A stretch of 63,809 nucleotides of DNA, the filler included, from Octopus bimaculoides (Eukaryota), in NCBI RefSeq assembly GCF_001194135.2. It is 5 parts of 5 records of this genome, joined end to end, with 100 filler letters (N's around TTAATTAATTAA, not from the genome) between each part and the next. Parts side by side here need not be neighbours in the genome. Positions count along the whole stretch, not along the records: positions 12,586 to 44,267 come from NC_068986.1; 4 more parts are not named here. One strand, given 5' to 3'. The notes below the pieces were generated by a model. The model had not been told where the DNA came from, ran no database searches, and worked only from the letters and a program-made list of their open reading frames with translations. Shown here in pieces: positions 24,402 through 37,990 of the stretch. A program made the position numbers and the translations under genes. Numbering within the stretch: the stretch's first letter is position 1; every line of letters begins with the position of its first letter.

Positions 24402-27400
24402 NNNNNNNNNNNNNNNNNNNNNNNNNNNNNNNNNNNNNNNNNNNNNNNNNNNNNNNNNNNNNNNNNNNNNNNNNNNNNNNNNNNNNNNNNNNNNNNNNNN
24501 NNNNNNNNNNNNNNNNNNNNNNNNNNNNNNNNNNNNNNNNNNNNNNNNNATATATATATATATATATATATATACATACACACATACATACACACTTTCG
24601 TTTACAAATCAGTATGTTCAAAAATTTCATCGGGCTATTGATTTACTGAAAGTTTTAGGTTTCATGTAATATGTCGTGACAGCATTTAGACTATTCATAA
24701 GTCTCATTACATATTGTTATTTTACACCACTGTGTTCTCTATACGGGATGCGTACATCGCAATATTAAATTTAATGTGTTCACAAACAAATCCATTTCGT
24801 TTCTTGATCGTGCAGGACTCGATATAATCATAACATCTTAGAACTTCAGATAACAGCCAATTCTCATTCAAGCTGCACCGTTGAAGAGAAAAGTGCATTT
24901 TATACCTTGAAATACGAAATAACCAGATTGCTATAAGCTTGAATAACTTTGGTCGTAGTTCTGCTGATATGTGGTTAACTACCAATAGGTGTCACCACGA
25001 GTTATATATTGTTGCATCTATAATCACTTACTCTATTACTAGCAACTGAAATACCAACTATTAATTTCTAGGATCATTGCCTGGAATTCCTGTAACGTGT
25101 GTCATATAAAAGGCCATATAATTTATATAAATGATGGGCTTCATAATGAGACCCCAAGTTGAAATTAAATGGTATGATATAAATCAAATAGAACTGAGAG
25201 TGCCGTATGACAACATGCTATTTTTGCAAAATGTGTGCAAATACATCTAAACAAAGAATCAGTCTAACACATATATAGAGAGAAAGAAAATGGCATTAAA
25301 TACACAATATTCAGATCAAGTAATACTGGATTGTATCTCCAAATGCAATCTCCAACATCTTAGGAATTTACCATACTTCTCAGCTCACTGGGAAGGCAAA
25401 ATACATTTATCGCTTCTCATTCGTAACCTCAACCACGCAGATCTTAGCTTGCCCTTTAGAAACCATTGCGAATACTGCAGAGAACTCATAGTAAATAAAT
25501 CACATATAAAATTTATGAACTAGAAAGTATCGCTCTATATTTTCATATATAATTCATTTCGTCTTCAAATTGTTATAATCATTTGTTTTGTTACCAAGAT
25601 AATGTCAAACCCAAATATTAAAACCCAGCTAACTGGGTTTTAATAATTTTGTGTTGATTTACTCACTGTCAACTGCACATTGATTACACATAAATATGTT
25701 TACACTAAATTTAAGATATTCATTACAGACAGCTATGGTGACTCCATAAATCAAGTGAATGAGAACAATGTGACTTTCTTTAATTTTGAATAAGCATATC
25801 TATTTTCAATATATTTACGAAATACATGTATCCACATATGACGTATATATAAGCGTCACAAGCTAAAAATTATGAGCAACACGAGGTAATATGGATCATC
25901 TACAGAGTCTCTAAATCTGCTAGAAATAGCAATCAAATCTCTCTTAAACCACACGCTCCAGTATAACATGTATTAAAGCATTTCATAATATATGACTGCA
26001 TGCATGTTGATTAGATAAACGACGTTATGATCAATTAATATCTCCAAGGCCTTTCAGGATTTATGTTCAGAATTGAACTGGAGCTAAACTGCAACATTTA
26101 TGAATATCGAAGTAAATTGTTGTTGAAAAAGATTGATTTTTGTGCAATATTGATCATCGATGAATGTTGAAGAGCACTAGAAAATTAAAAAATACTCCCT
26201 TTGGCTGGTTTTGGAAATTTTAGTCCTCTTCCTTGAATTTGTCTCAATAAAAGTAGAACACAGTCGAATATATTCCATCTATAAAACCTTTGTATGCATA
26301 CATGAATACTGTGATGCTCCTGTCAACAGAAGATCTAACACTTGTGCTCAACATCACACAGCCAGAGTTTCTGGTTATTTTTCTAAGACTTTCATTTCGT
26401 TTTCCTCAATTCTCTTCAGCTCGCATAAATGTTCGTTTATATCAAACTCTTCTATTAATAATGCTACACTTATTCAGCATGTATTTTGTCTCTAGAACTT
26501 CTGTAGATAATTGATCCCTTTCGTTCATATGGAACCAAATACTAAATTCTGTTTTCAACATAAAGGTTAGATATCTATAGAAACGCAAATATGATAATGA
26601 CAACGAAATCGAAAGTAAAGAAATAATAGCTGAATAACATATTCTATAATGAAATGGCAACCTACTAAAACGTAAATATCATCACAACTATATCAATATT
26701 GCTACCACTGCCCTCGAGGGAATAAAGTACGTTCTTCCCTTGTGAATTATATAAATGTCTACCCCCTGTTCACTTGCAAGCAGATAGTATTAAAATATGC
26801 TGATTTCATATCGGTAAGATCGATAAACTTTTATATCATGATTTAGCTTGCTCTTGCATATTTATTTTATGTATTTGTGGACTTCGTTTAGCACTTTACA
26901 TTTTCTTTTCTGTGGTGTTGTTATTAGTTTTAATTGCCATTTATATTCTGATGTCATTCTTTTATAACCTACCATTACAGTGATTAAATGCTCAATTATA
27001 TTTATACAGTACTTGCACTTTTGTTCGGAGTGATTTTAGTTTTGGATAGAATGTGTGCAAGCGTAGCTGCGTGGTTAAGTTCACTTCACAATGAGAAAAT
27101 GAAATGTAGAGAAACTGTGCAGAAGTCAGATGAGCAATACGTCTGTGTGTGTGGGGGAGGGTGTCTTTGTATGTATCTATCGGTTTATCCGAGTGTCTTA
27201 ATTTAATCTCAGCGTCTCTGGTTAGGCCAAATCTAAAGCTGACAATATCGAACCATTTCACATCCTCCATCTGAACTCCGATCCATTTGACAAATTTGTG
27301 ATGGTTTCAGCCCTACATCTACTATTGTATTGCACTAGATACAGTTACATTGTAGTAGATACTTTGGAAATATTTACAGCAACCGTCAATATTATGAAAT

Positions 27401-27404
27401 AGTT

Positions 27405-27600
27405 TTCTAAATAGGTAGTGGCAAGTGCGCTTATTTAAGAAGCCGCCTTTGATACAACGTGGTTTCAAGTTTAGTGCCACTGCGCAGTGCCATAGGCAAG
27501 GGTCTTCTACAATAGCCTCGGAACCACAAATGACGTCTGAGTGAATTTGATAGAAGGAAAGCCTGTCATATAAGTTTACATTCATATGACAAGCGGGTGT
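27405..27600 (+). mobile_element. SINE family 3 copy (another, more decayed piece at about 27055-27200)
   Basis: CCACTGCGCAGTGCCATAGGCAAGGGTCTTCTACAATAGCCTCGG...GAGTGAATTTGATAGA matches the reverse complement of 50232-50400. Confidence 0.8.
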
Positions 27601-28251
27601 GTTTGCCCATCCTCCGTTTGACGAACTCTACTAGTTTCTTTACATCTCTGTAGCCTAATAATTTGATAAAAGAGACATAATAATAAGTACTAACTAGAAT
27701 TTTAAAATGTAAGTACTGGTTTCAACTTGTTTGACTAGACCCTTAAAGGTGGTGCTTCCTCATGGCTGTAATCCAATATTTTCAGATTATAGGTAACATC
27801 TCTCCTAAAATGAGATAGAAGGCTGCCAACCAATATATAAATATTAGTTTTTTGCAGTCTTGAAGCAAGCAGTTATATAACTACTTTTGATAATCTTGCT
27901 CACAGGATTTCCCCAGTGTAATTCCGTTTTTGGTATGTCCACAACAAAATTATGAGCAAATCTTTTCAGCAACTTACAGAATATTTATATGCTATGATAC
28001 GATTTTCTACGTGTCACCTACATAAATATAATCAAGAATTAAGATCACAACCTAAAAGATCAAGAATTTTATTTTCTCGTACTTTCTTTAGTTTGTTTGA
28101 AACTAGTAGCTATCAAATTCTGTGGAAGGGAAAGATATATAATTTCTTCTCAAACACATCTTAATATGATTTTACGGTAAAATCAATAAAAAAAATTTCT
28201 GCATATAGAGCACGTTCTCGGAATATTATCACTATTTTCTGATGTTCTTTT

Positions 28252-28283
28252 TTCTATTCTTCTTCTTCTTCTTCTTCTTCTTC

Positions 28284-28350
<67 letters not shown>
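28252..28350. repeat. (TTC)n-(TTA)n compound microsatellite
   Basis: Directly visible. Confidence 0.95.
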
Positions 28351-28368
<18 letters not shown>

Positions 28369-31099
28369 CTTTCAAGTATGTAATATATCGAAGAACAAGT
28401 TTCAGATATTCGATGAAAAGAAGATTTTATCGTAATTTTTACAGCATTAAATAGGGATGCCTTTACGTACAATTAAAACACATACACACATATACACACA
28501 CACGCACACATACGCGCGCGCGTGGGAATTTCATGGGCGAAAAATGTCGAGTAGTATTTTTCGTCGGCATTTATCAATAAATACATGGCTTTGAAGACTA
28601 GTTAAATCAGTGCTACGCTCAGATTATATGTTTAAACGCAATAAGCAAGACACTTTAGGTACATTGCTAAACTGCCAATAAACCTAGAAACACATAAAAA
28701 CTGAGAAAAGTAATGAAGTCATGACAGATCAAATTACTTTTCCTTTCACATATGTATTTTAGAGCCATATGAAAATGGCATTCGGCAAGCACAAATGTAT
28801 TTTTTCTGACAATTAAAAGCGTTTATGAATTATCAAAAATGTTGTTTTCATTACAAGTAGAATCGTATTTCAAAGCTTGATTTCAATATACAATATGGAA
28901 TTCTCAGCGTAGATTAAAAAAATGGTATACACTTAATCATAGATGTTTTAAAAACCGTCAGAAACATTTAGATATAAGAATGAAAGTATTTTTAATTCAG
29001 GATCTAAGATTGTTGACGATGGTGTCTTTATTTTGTTTTCCTTCCTATGATTTTACAGATTAATCTATTCTGGTAATATAAATTATATCAGTGCATCGGT
29101 TATATCTGGTTACACTATGATACAATGACTAACTGCGAACACCATTATATTAAAAAAAAGGCTTGGTATTCTGGATGTTCAGTTACATGATCCGGAATTG
29201 ACGATCGGTGAATTCAACCTCTGCCACATCTAGATTCATGAATATGGTTATATTATTAATCTTACTATAGTGAAGAACCTAGATCAATTTTCCCGTTTGC
29301 AACATCTTTAAAAGTGATGTATCAACAAAATCACAGCAAAAATTTATGAGTGAAAGTACAAGACGCTACAAAAAATAATACGACGATCGAATTAGATGCA
29401 GGGAAGAGAAATACCGAAGGTTATTGAAGTCCAAAATACGCGCAACTCATGTATATGTGTGTACGTGTGCGTATGCATGTTTGTAAATGGGTTTGTGATG
29501 AACTCTGTAGTTCTGAATTTAATCAACAACGTTAAACCATAAACAGTTGCATACCTATCATTTAACGATGCTTAATCAAACAAGAGTTCTGGATATGGTA
29601 TTATAAAGGGAATGGTGAGATTCAATCCATTTCAATACATATTTCAATCAATCAACGCACTCTATCTGCTACAAAAATAGACATTCTACTCCATCAAACT
29701 AATGCTATATTTATTAATATCTTTGCGTTACATATCCATACATATAAGGCATAGACAGTCTTCATAAATACATGTAAACTGCAAGCTAGTTTCAAATAAT
29801 AAAGAACATATACTGCGATTGTCAAGTGTCATACAAAACTTATATTATCCCGGAAACTATTTCGTGGAACTCATTCCAGTATGTAGTGATATTGCAATAA
29901 GATTACGTTCACCAATATCATTGAATTATTTACTTTAAAAATACACAATTGAAATGAAAACTACTATGTATATTGTTTTAGCAATGCCCAACGGATATAG
30001 AGTTGATTATTATATCTATAAACCTGGTGAAACCTTTTTAGCTTTTTTAATTATTTCAAGCAAATTGGCTAAATTTTATTAAGCAAATACACAGTGTATG
30101 TACTTCTCTATTCATTCGTTATCACATGTAATGAAAAAGGAATCCAGCTAATGAGCAATCTAGTAACATTTCAATACTTATATCTCACAAAATATCTTTC
30201 TATCAGCTAACATATTCATCTATATTTCATAGCATAAAATGACTGTAAATGTCGTAAATATGTCAAGAGAGGCAGTTAGCGTATAGAAGTAACATCTGCA
30301 TAGGTCGATCGATATTGAGCTGACAAAAACCAAAAACAAAAAAAAAACAGAACCCGATTAACTGTTAGCATAAGCAATTGGGCATTACGGTACTATCTCA
30401 CCATATCTACACATTTATTTTCCTATATACTATCATATAATTTAACTTCAACTTTCAGTTGTTTTACTGTTTAGAGTATCATTTGATATATTTTACCGTG
30501 TGTTCATTATCAATTAAACATTAAGTTGTGAAAGGTCAATAACTATAGCCTTATTGACTAGCGGTGCTTTTAAACTCAATTTTGTACTCCTTTTATCTTT
30601 TCAGAGTAATTTATTTAATACTTTTAACCATACACAAATTTTATGGAGGAGGTACATAATATAATTTCTTGCCAAACAACCTTTAAATATCCAAATAAAA
30701 TATATTTTCAACCTATTTGTCACTCTGTTGTGTCAATTTTGGAATTTAATAGTAAAAGACTTTTTCTTCTATATTGAAATATGTGTCTTATATAAAATCA
30801 TATCAAATAAACCATCAATCGAACTAGCGAAGTAATGTAAGTAACGAAAGAAATTTTAAATATCGCCTTTGATTCTATAAAAGTTGTCAGTTGAATTCAT
30901 CTTCTTTTAGCAATTGTTTCAGAAAGACTGAAGGTTCGTAACGCTTTCTGACGCGGGCACATGGACAACGATTTTGGTGGGAAGGAATTACTTAATAGCA
31001 ACAACTCAAGTAATTGTCTGTTACTTCATTTTATTGGCTGGAAATAATTAACGGCAAATTTGGCTTCGGCTAATTTTGAACACATAACACGAAGAGTCG

Positions 31100-31500
31100 G
31101 AGAAACTACCACAAAGCATTTCTACCGGCATTCTACCGATTCTTCGATCTCACCGCATAAACCGATGTTATAAAGCGGCAGAAGTCGCTTTATAACATAT
31201 CGCCGATATCGCCGATATGACCAAGGAAGCCATTCAAACGCATGGCTGGGAAATGCTGCCACACCCGCCGTACTCTCCTGATTTGGCACCAACAGATTTC
31301 CACTTCTTTCCATCTCTTTCAAATGCTATGTGCAGAGTTTCGTTCGATGCTGATGCAGAATAGAAAGCTTGGTTGGATCAATGTTTCGAGTGGGAACTTA
31401 GTTGCCAACCCAATACATTCGGCAAATGGTAAGGAGATCAGCAGTGGGCATTCCTGTGCGATAAGGAAACAAAAGAGGTCTCACATTCTTGGGGTCAGCA
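31100..31500 (+). mobile_element. mariner transposase C-terminal fragment
   Basis: GWEMLPHPPYSPDLAPTDFHFF at 31243-31310 contains the canonical mariner YSPDLAP motif. No TIRs visible; adjoins an N gap. Confidence 0.9.
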
Positions 31501-33218
31501 GACGTCAAATGTATTTACTACTATNNNNNNNNNNNNNNNNNNNNNNNNNNNNNNNNNNNNNNNNNNNNNNNNNNNNNNNNNNNNNNNNNNNNNNNNNNNN
31601 NNNNNNNNNNNNNNNNNNNNNNNNNNNNNNNNNNNNNNNNNNNNNNNNNNNNNNNNNNNNNNNNNNNNNNNNNNNNNNNNNNNNNNNNNNNNNNNNNNNN
31701 NNNNNNNNNNNNNNNNNNNNNNNNNNNNNNNNNNNNNNNNNNNNNNNNNNNNNNNNNNNNNNNNNNNNNNNNNNNNNNNNNNNNNNNNNNNNNNNNNNNN
31801 NNNNNNNNNNNNNNNNNNNNNNNNNNNNNNNNNNNNNNNNNNNNNNNNNNNNNNNNNNNNNNNNNNNNNNNNNNNNNNNNNNNNNNNNNNNNNNNNNNNN
31901 NNNNNNNNNNNNNNNNNNNNNNNNNNNNNNNNNNNNNNNNNNNNNNNNNNNNNNNNNNNNNNNNNNNNNNNNNNNNNNNNNNNNNNNNNNNNNNNNNNNN
32001 NNNNNNNNNNNNNNNNNNNNNNNNNNNNNNNNNNNNNNNNNNNNNNNNNNNNNNNNNNNNNNNNNNNNNNNNNNNNNNNNNNNNNNNNNNNNNNNNNNNN
32101 NNNNNNNNNNNNNNNNNNNNNNNNNNNNNNNNNNNNNNNNNNNNNNNNNNNNNNNNNNNNNNNNGAGGAGGGGGAGAAGGAGGAGGGGGAGAAGGAGGAG
32201 GGGGAGGGGGATGAGTAGCATCATCATCATCATCTGCAGCAGCAGTAGTTGCAGTAGTAGCTGCTGAATGTTGGCTTTCTAAAGCTTTATGGCATATTTT
32301 GGGAGGTAAAAATAATTTTTTATATGTCTTTTTTTATGAATCTGGATATGTAGTGAATACCGAGAGTATTTGATCTCAACAACCACAAGCGTCACGTGGA
32401 AAATATAACAAGGAACGTCCAAATAATAACGGACATGTTTTGTTCATTTCATATGAATGCTAAGTTTCCCTGTTTTTAAATGTGCATTACAGACTACACT
32501 AGATGTTAACTTTATGACCTGTATCACCGAATAAATAATTGTGTGTTCATGTATAGCAAATTTATGGAATATATTTGGTAAGATCATTTTTTTTGTTTAT
32601 AATTCTTAGTTTCCTTTTTGATTTTGCTCTAAATTTGTTCTGCATAAATTCGCTAAAGATATAGGAACATTAATCATACGTGTATTCAACTGTATTTTCT
32701 TTCTTAGATTTGCCGATCAAATAAAAAAGGATTCATGAAATGGAAATTATATATATTTCCCATGGTACATTTCGAAGGTAGAACAAAGACTTGATAGTAA
32801 TTGATTCGTTCCGAATCAGCATACAATATTTCTCTGCTTACTCATGGAAATTGGAGTCAGTTAATTCATAGTCAATTAACTTATCTGCAAAACACTTACT
32901 GTGTCGAAACTACTGTATATTCGATCTAACATTTTGTCTACAATTGTATTCTAAATCTACTCAACGCTTATAAAAAACATAAAACTAATGGTATACTGGA
33001 TTTATGAGTATAAATTGAGATAAATACACACAAAAATGCACGTGTATGTATGTGTGACTGTGTATGTTTATGTGTATGATTTTGATGAATAATTGTATAC
33101 CAAAAATCAAATATCGACTGGAAGTCTACAAACGGCTTGAAAATGTATTTATTTTTACAAACCAATCACCAGCATAACTTCAAAATTACTATCAATTTCA
33201 CGTATGCACACTCATATA

Positions 33219-33252
<34 letters not shown>

Positions 33253-33786
33253 CATACATACAAACATACATACATACATGCATACATACATGCATGCATG
33301 CATACATACATATATACACACGCACACAAGTGTGGTACTTGTCTTATGACGAGCCTCATTGTGGATAAACCAACAATCAGTATAGTTTACGAAATATCCA
33401 CAGGTAGCGTATTGAGGTTGATTAATTTCTCATAGGTTTTTATATTTTACCTAACAAGGAGAAATTGTCTTTCCATTCTCTAGACACTGTTATGCTTAAG
33501 TTCAGAATGCTCTGCTAATCGTGTGAATTGATTTCTAACTATTCTATATGAAACTCATGTATTTTGTGGTTTATTTAAATATTTATTGATATTCAACGAA
33601 CGATTTACTAGAAAGGAAAGATAACTATCACTTTCATGATGATCATATTATCGAATCGTTTAATGATTTTAAAGAAATGTCACCAACCACATTTACTGCA
33701 CATTTTATAGCTTTTATATCAATAAAGATTTAATCATATATATATATATATATGTATATNNNNNNNNNNNNNNNNNNNNNNNNNNT

Positions 33787-33825
<39 letters not shown>

Positions 33826-35186
33826 TAGGATTTAGTAAACTGTAGTAGGACCCTGAATCTGTAACCGTGTTAGCAATTGGCAAGTGTTAGCACTTGTAAT
33901 CATTTAACTATTTTGGGGTTTTGTGCTTTTGACTACTCATATGTCTAATAGGCGGAATGTACTCAGGAACGTTTAGACATTTACTTGTTTGTCTAGTATA
34001 ACCACCACTTTGTACTATGTTGGCTATTTATGACGTTATATTTAGCATCATAATTTGAAGGTAAATGTACTAGCAAGCACTTCTCTAACGGTAGTCTCCC
34101 CTTAACTGTTAGTTACTTACTGTCGTACGGTTGCTTGTATTTATATTGGGATGGTGTATAATGTCACAAGCGGCCTTGCGCCACTTATGACATAGACTAC
34201 TCCCCTCACACTTTTATTTACTGTTTTATTTATTTACATCAACTCTATAACGGTCTTGGATTGCCTTTGCTTTTAAATTTAAGTGACCAACTGCAGAGGT
34301 GGCTGAACTTGGGTCAATTCTATTACGGACCACAGGTGGTTGGTCTTTAGAATAATTTCGCTAAGTATACTATTGTAACAAGCCTACGGGTATGTTTTTG
34401 GATATATATTAATTAGCTATATTTACGAACTCACAAGTACTATTCTTTTCTATATATATTGGCGGATCCTGTTAAACTTAAGTACTAGTTTTATTTTCTT
34501 ATTGTTTATACACTCTTGTAACCCTAAAGAAAGATTAACCTACCAATTATTTTTCTAGTGTATTTGCTAGTTTATTCACTTGCCAATCGACTTCAAACTT
34601 TACACTGCAAAATGGTATGATTCTAATTTATTAAGCCTTCTGTCCTCATCTCAAGGACCTGTTCTTTCCCCTTCCTTCGCCTCTTCTTTTATGTTATGTA
34701 TTTGTATCCACTCCGATGAAGCTCCATGTACTAGATCAGATGTGCTATATTTGACTAATGGTAGTCAATTTGTTTGTTGATTAAAACTTTTCTTCATTTT
34801 CTGCTCGTTATATATATATATATATCACTCCATGGAATGGTATTCCCGCCTGGCTCATAAAACCCTGCCCGTTGTGTTGTTTTTTCCTCTTTAATTCGCC
34901 ATCTCTCCTATGCTTTTCGTCATTATTTTTATTCCAGTAAAGGACTAACATTCTTTTTCCTTTAAGCTTTGAGCTTATTTAATATTTGTCATAACATTCT
35001 CTTGTACATTTTTCACTGACTGACTCAGTGGTGAGGCTCTGATGAAGCTGTCAGGCATTATTAAGGCGCTCAGCTATGAGACCACCGCTTCTTGGAGTGG
35101 AAAGAACTGTAAGCTAATGCTGTTCATAAGATAATAATTTATTCCCTTGTCATCTCCTTTCTGATATATATACAAACACACACACA

Positions 35187-35247
<61 letters not shown>

Positions 35248-36189
35248 ACACACACATATATATATGCGAATGTTTTTTGTGTGTATATGTATGTATATAT
35301 GTTTGTATACATAAATCGTAAGTCGGCCACCAGATTCAAAATCGATTATCTTTGTTAGGAAAAAATGTTTTGTTTTATTTCAAATTTGTATCTATGTAAC
35401 AAATATTCGCTGTCAAACAGTCCGTTAATTTTTCTGTAGCAGAGAATTGCAATCAACTTCTTACATATTCTCCAACTAGTTTCAAACTTTTTCCCCATAA
35501 TTTGAATTTTGTTTAGATAATCAATAATTTATTGAATATCATAGAATTCTCAAATATGTTCGAGACAATTAAATATGCTGTCTAACGATATAAAACTGTA
35601 TGGAATAATATTTTTTTAAAAGTATAACCTGCATTGAGATTATCAACGCTACCAATTTGAACTCAATTTTATAAAAATTATGTTAGCAACAAAAGAATTA
35701 ATGAATGGAATAAAAATGTCTGCCACAATCAATGAAGGTTACAAACCAATAAGAACAAATATATATAATTTTTTTTTTTTTACCAAATTGTATTTAAATT
35801 GTTTCCATGAATTAGATAGAATAGAGTAGTATTGTTTACAGTTGTTTTTGAATTTTGGAAGAACTATGGAGAGTTCAATATGTGTTGAATGAAAGGATGG
35901 ATATTCTCAGCAGGTTTAATTATGTCTCCGTTTTATTTGAAATAACCACTTCTGAACCCAAACAAAATTATACCAAATATTTATTTTTAAAGTATATAGA
36001 TATTTCACGAAGCGTTTGTAAAAGTACATTATCACTTCCAAGATAGGGTCAACGCATATTTTAAGATCTGGCCTCAGGTTGCTCAATGCAATTTGTATGT
36101 CTCCATTTATTGATTTGTTTTGCAATTTTTGAACTCTTACTCGCGATAAAGAGATCATAATATTTACTGTCTCTAAGGAAGGTACCAAT

Positions 36190-36378
36190 TAACTGTGTAA
36201 TTCATGATTCTCCTGTTCTTTGTTAAAATTGCACCTAATGATACATTACAAGTTTTTCAGCTCCCATTAATAGCACCGGCAATGCAGTCAGATGTGTTTT
36301 GCAATTCGAAATATTTTCCGACCCAGATGAATAATTGCAAAGTGTTAATTTTGTTTCGTGTATAGCGGTTAAGATATC
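36190..36378 (-). pseudogene. Candidate C-type-lectin-like exon remnant
   Basis: TTTTTAAGTAG acceptor, phase 1: GYLNRYTRNKINTLQLFIWVGKYFELQNTSDCIAGAINGS*KTCNVSLGAIL (WVG motif, C......W(TGA)..C). Confidence 0.35.
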
Positions 36379-36774
36379 CTACTTAAAAAACAGAGGAAAA
36401 AGGCGTTCGTGACATTGAAAAATAATTGAAATTCATTAGATTTAATGGGAAGCTCTAAAGTTCATGAAAACATGAGTGAGAGTTCCTCGTTTATTTGTGA
36501 TGCAAAACAATGTAATTTTAAATTCCTAAAAATATAATTAATTTTCTTAATTTTGCGTGGATGATATGGTAATTTTTGAAAATGAAGCGTCTCACAATTT
36601 TATACCGGACGCTACATTCTACTTAGCCTGTAAATATAGTGTTATTGCAACAGTTGTGTTGTTGATTCGCCTGTGATGAATATGTATGGCAGAATCCATC
36701 CTTTTTGAATATATGTTCTGCTGCAGAAGTATAAATTATCAGTGAAAGCTCACAAAGCACTTGTCAGTATTAGT

Positions 36775-37200
36775 GAAGCTACAGAGTCGTTAGCACGCCG
36801 GACAACATGCTTTATGGTATTTCGTCCGGGCCTTTTACTGCATGAGATTAATTCTCACCAAAGTCAACTTTGCTTTTGATCTTTTCGGAGTCGACATGGC
36901 ATCTTACCGGTCACGTACTGAGTGTTGATGGTATTAAATATACCAATACCTGACTAAAATCAATACGATATGTGTAATGTTTCAGGGCTGTGAACGAGTG
37001 AAATGGTAGGACGTTGGACAAACTCCGTTGGACTATTTAGCTTCAAATTTTATATTCAAATGCACCTGGTCCAACTGTACTTTTCCTCCTACTAGAATCG
37101 ATAAAATAAAGTCAAGTATAACCACTAGTCAAGTCCTACTTGCGAATTAATCGACAAAACTCTCCCCCTCTAAATTGCAGGCATTGTGGCTAAATTAAGA
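36775..37200 (+). mobile_element. Two diverged family-1 SINE copies
   Basis: GTCGTTAGCACGCCGGACAACATGCTT at about 36787; GAATCGATAAAATAAAGTC at about 37095. Confidence 0.7.
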
Positions 37201-37599
37201 ATACAAGACACGACAAAAAAATTATTATTAATGAACTTTTGGCGGTGAATAACTAGAAATCTTACTGTTTCTTGCTGCATTTAGTTGCATGTTTTTGTGC
37301 CTTGACTACGAATTACCATCTTCCTAGGGTTAATAACATGCAATAATTACATAATCAATTACTGAATCGATGCAATCTATTATATCAACTTGCAATGGGC
37401 TATTGTCAGAAATCTTCAAACTGATGTTGATAGGCTGGTGGATAGGCAAAAATCGCTTCATTGTCGAACGAAATAGTTTACAGTATTTATTCCGACTTTC
37501 CACCACCGTACTTCAAATCTTACGAAGTCAACTTGAGTTTTATCATAACACAGTTGATAAAAAAAAACACCTGTCAAGCTCGGAGATTGATATTCTCTA

Positions 37600-37990
37600 G
37601 TATCCAAATTTGTGAGCTTGTATCTTTGTTATAAACAATTATTGGTGATGTTTTCTGTAATGGAAATTGCACCAATCCAGTAATGCCTAACTCAGATAAG
37701 GCATTAGCCAAATTGCACATTTGCAGACTATTTAATGTGTGGTTCTGACATTTATGTCATTCTGACCTTTGAAATTAATTTTATGATGTTCAACGACAGC
37801 ATGATAATTAGCTGTCTGTCATTTTAAAATGTGCCAACATAATTTGTGAGGTTTTCCATATTAAAATTCTCATTAACATTACAATACTACAACAGACCTC
37901 CTTTACTCGAAGATAGCATTGAAATGAAGAAAATGTCAAATAAGATGTGAAACAATCAGAATATCATTTTTTCCCAATATTCTACTTAGT
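37600..37990 (-). pseudogene. Candidate first-exon remnant: signal-peptide-like start + WIG motif
   Basis: One frame: MIF*LFHILFDIFFISMLSSSKG...YC...RHYWIGAISITENITNNCL, with about 8 stops in 130 codons. Confidence 0.25.

Noticed and set aside
26180-26574. Minus-strand exon candidate read as either CTL-like or GAIN-like
   Set aside because: Different frames give incompatible interpretations, there are many stops, and its supposed upstream exon proved to be SINE-derived.
26973-27536. Apparent symmetric 564-bp minus-strand CTL exon (DVICGSE...CHYLF...KWIGVQMEDVKWFD; ORFs 27322-27585 and 26992-27270 are in the same frame)
   Set aside because: 27405-27600 and about 27055-27200 are family-3 SINE sequence on the plus strand, so most of the frame is antisense SINE and the WIG motif is probably chance. 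This also shows how easily such motifs arise, hence the low confidence on the other remnants.
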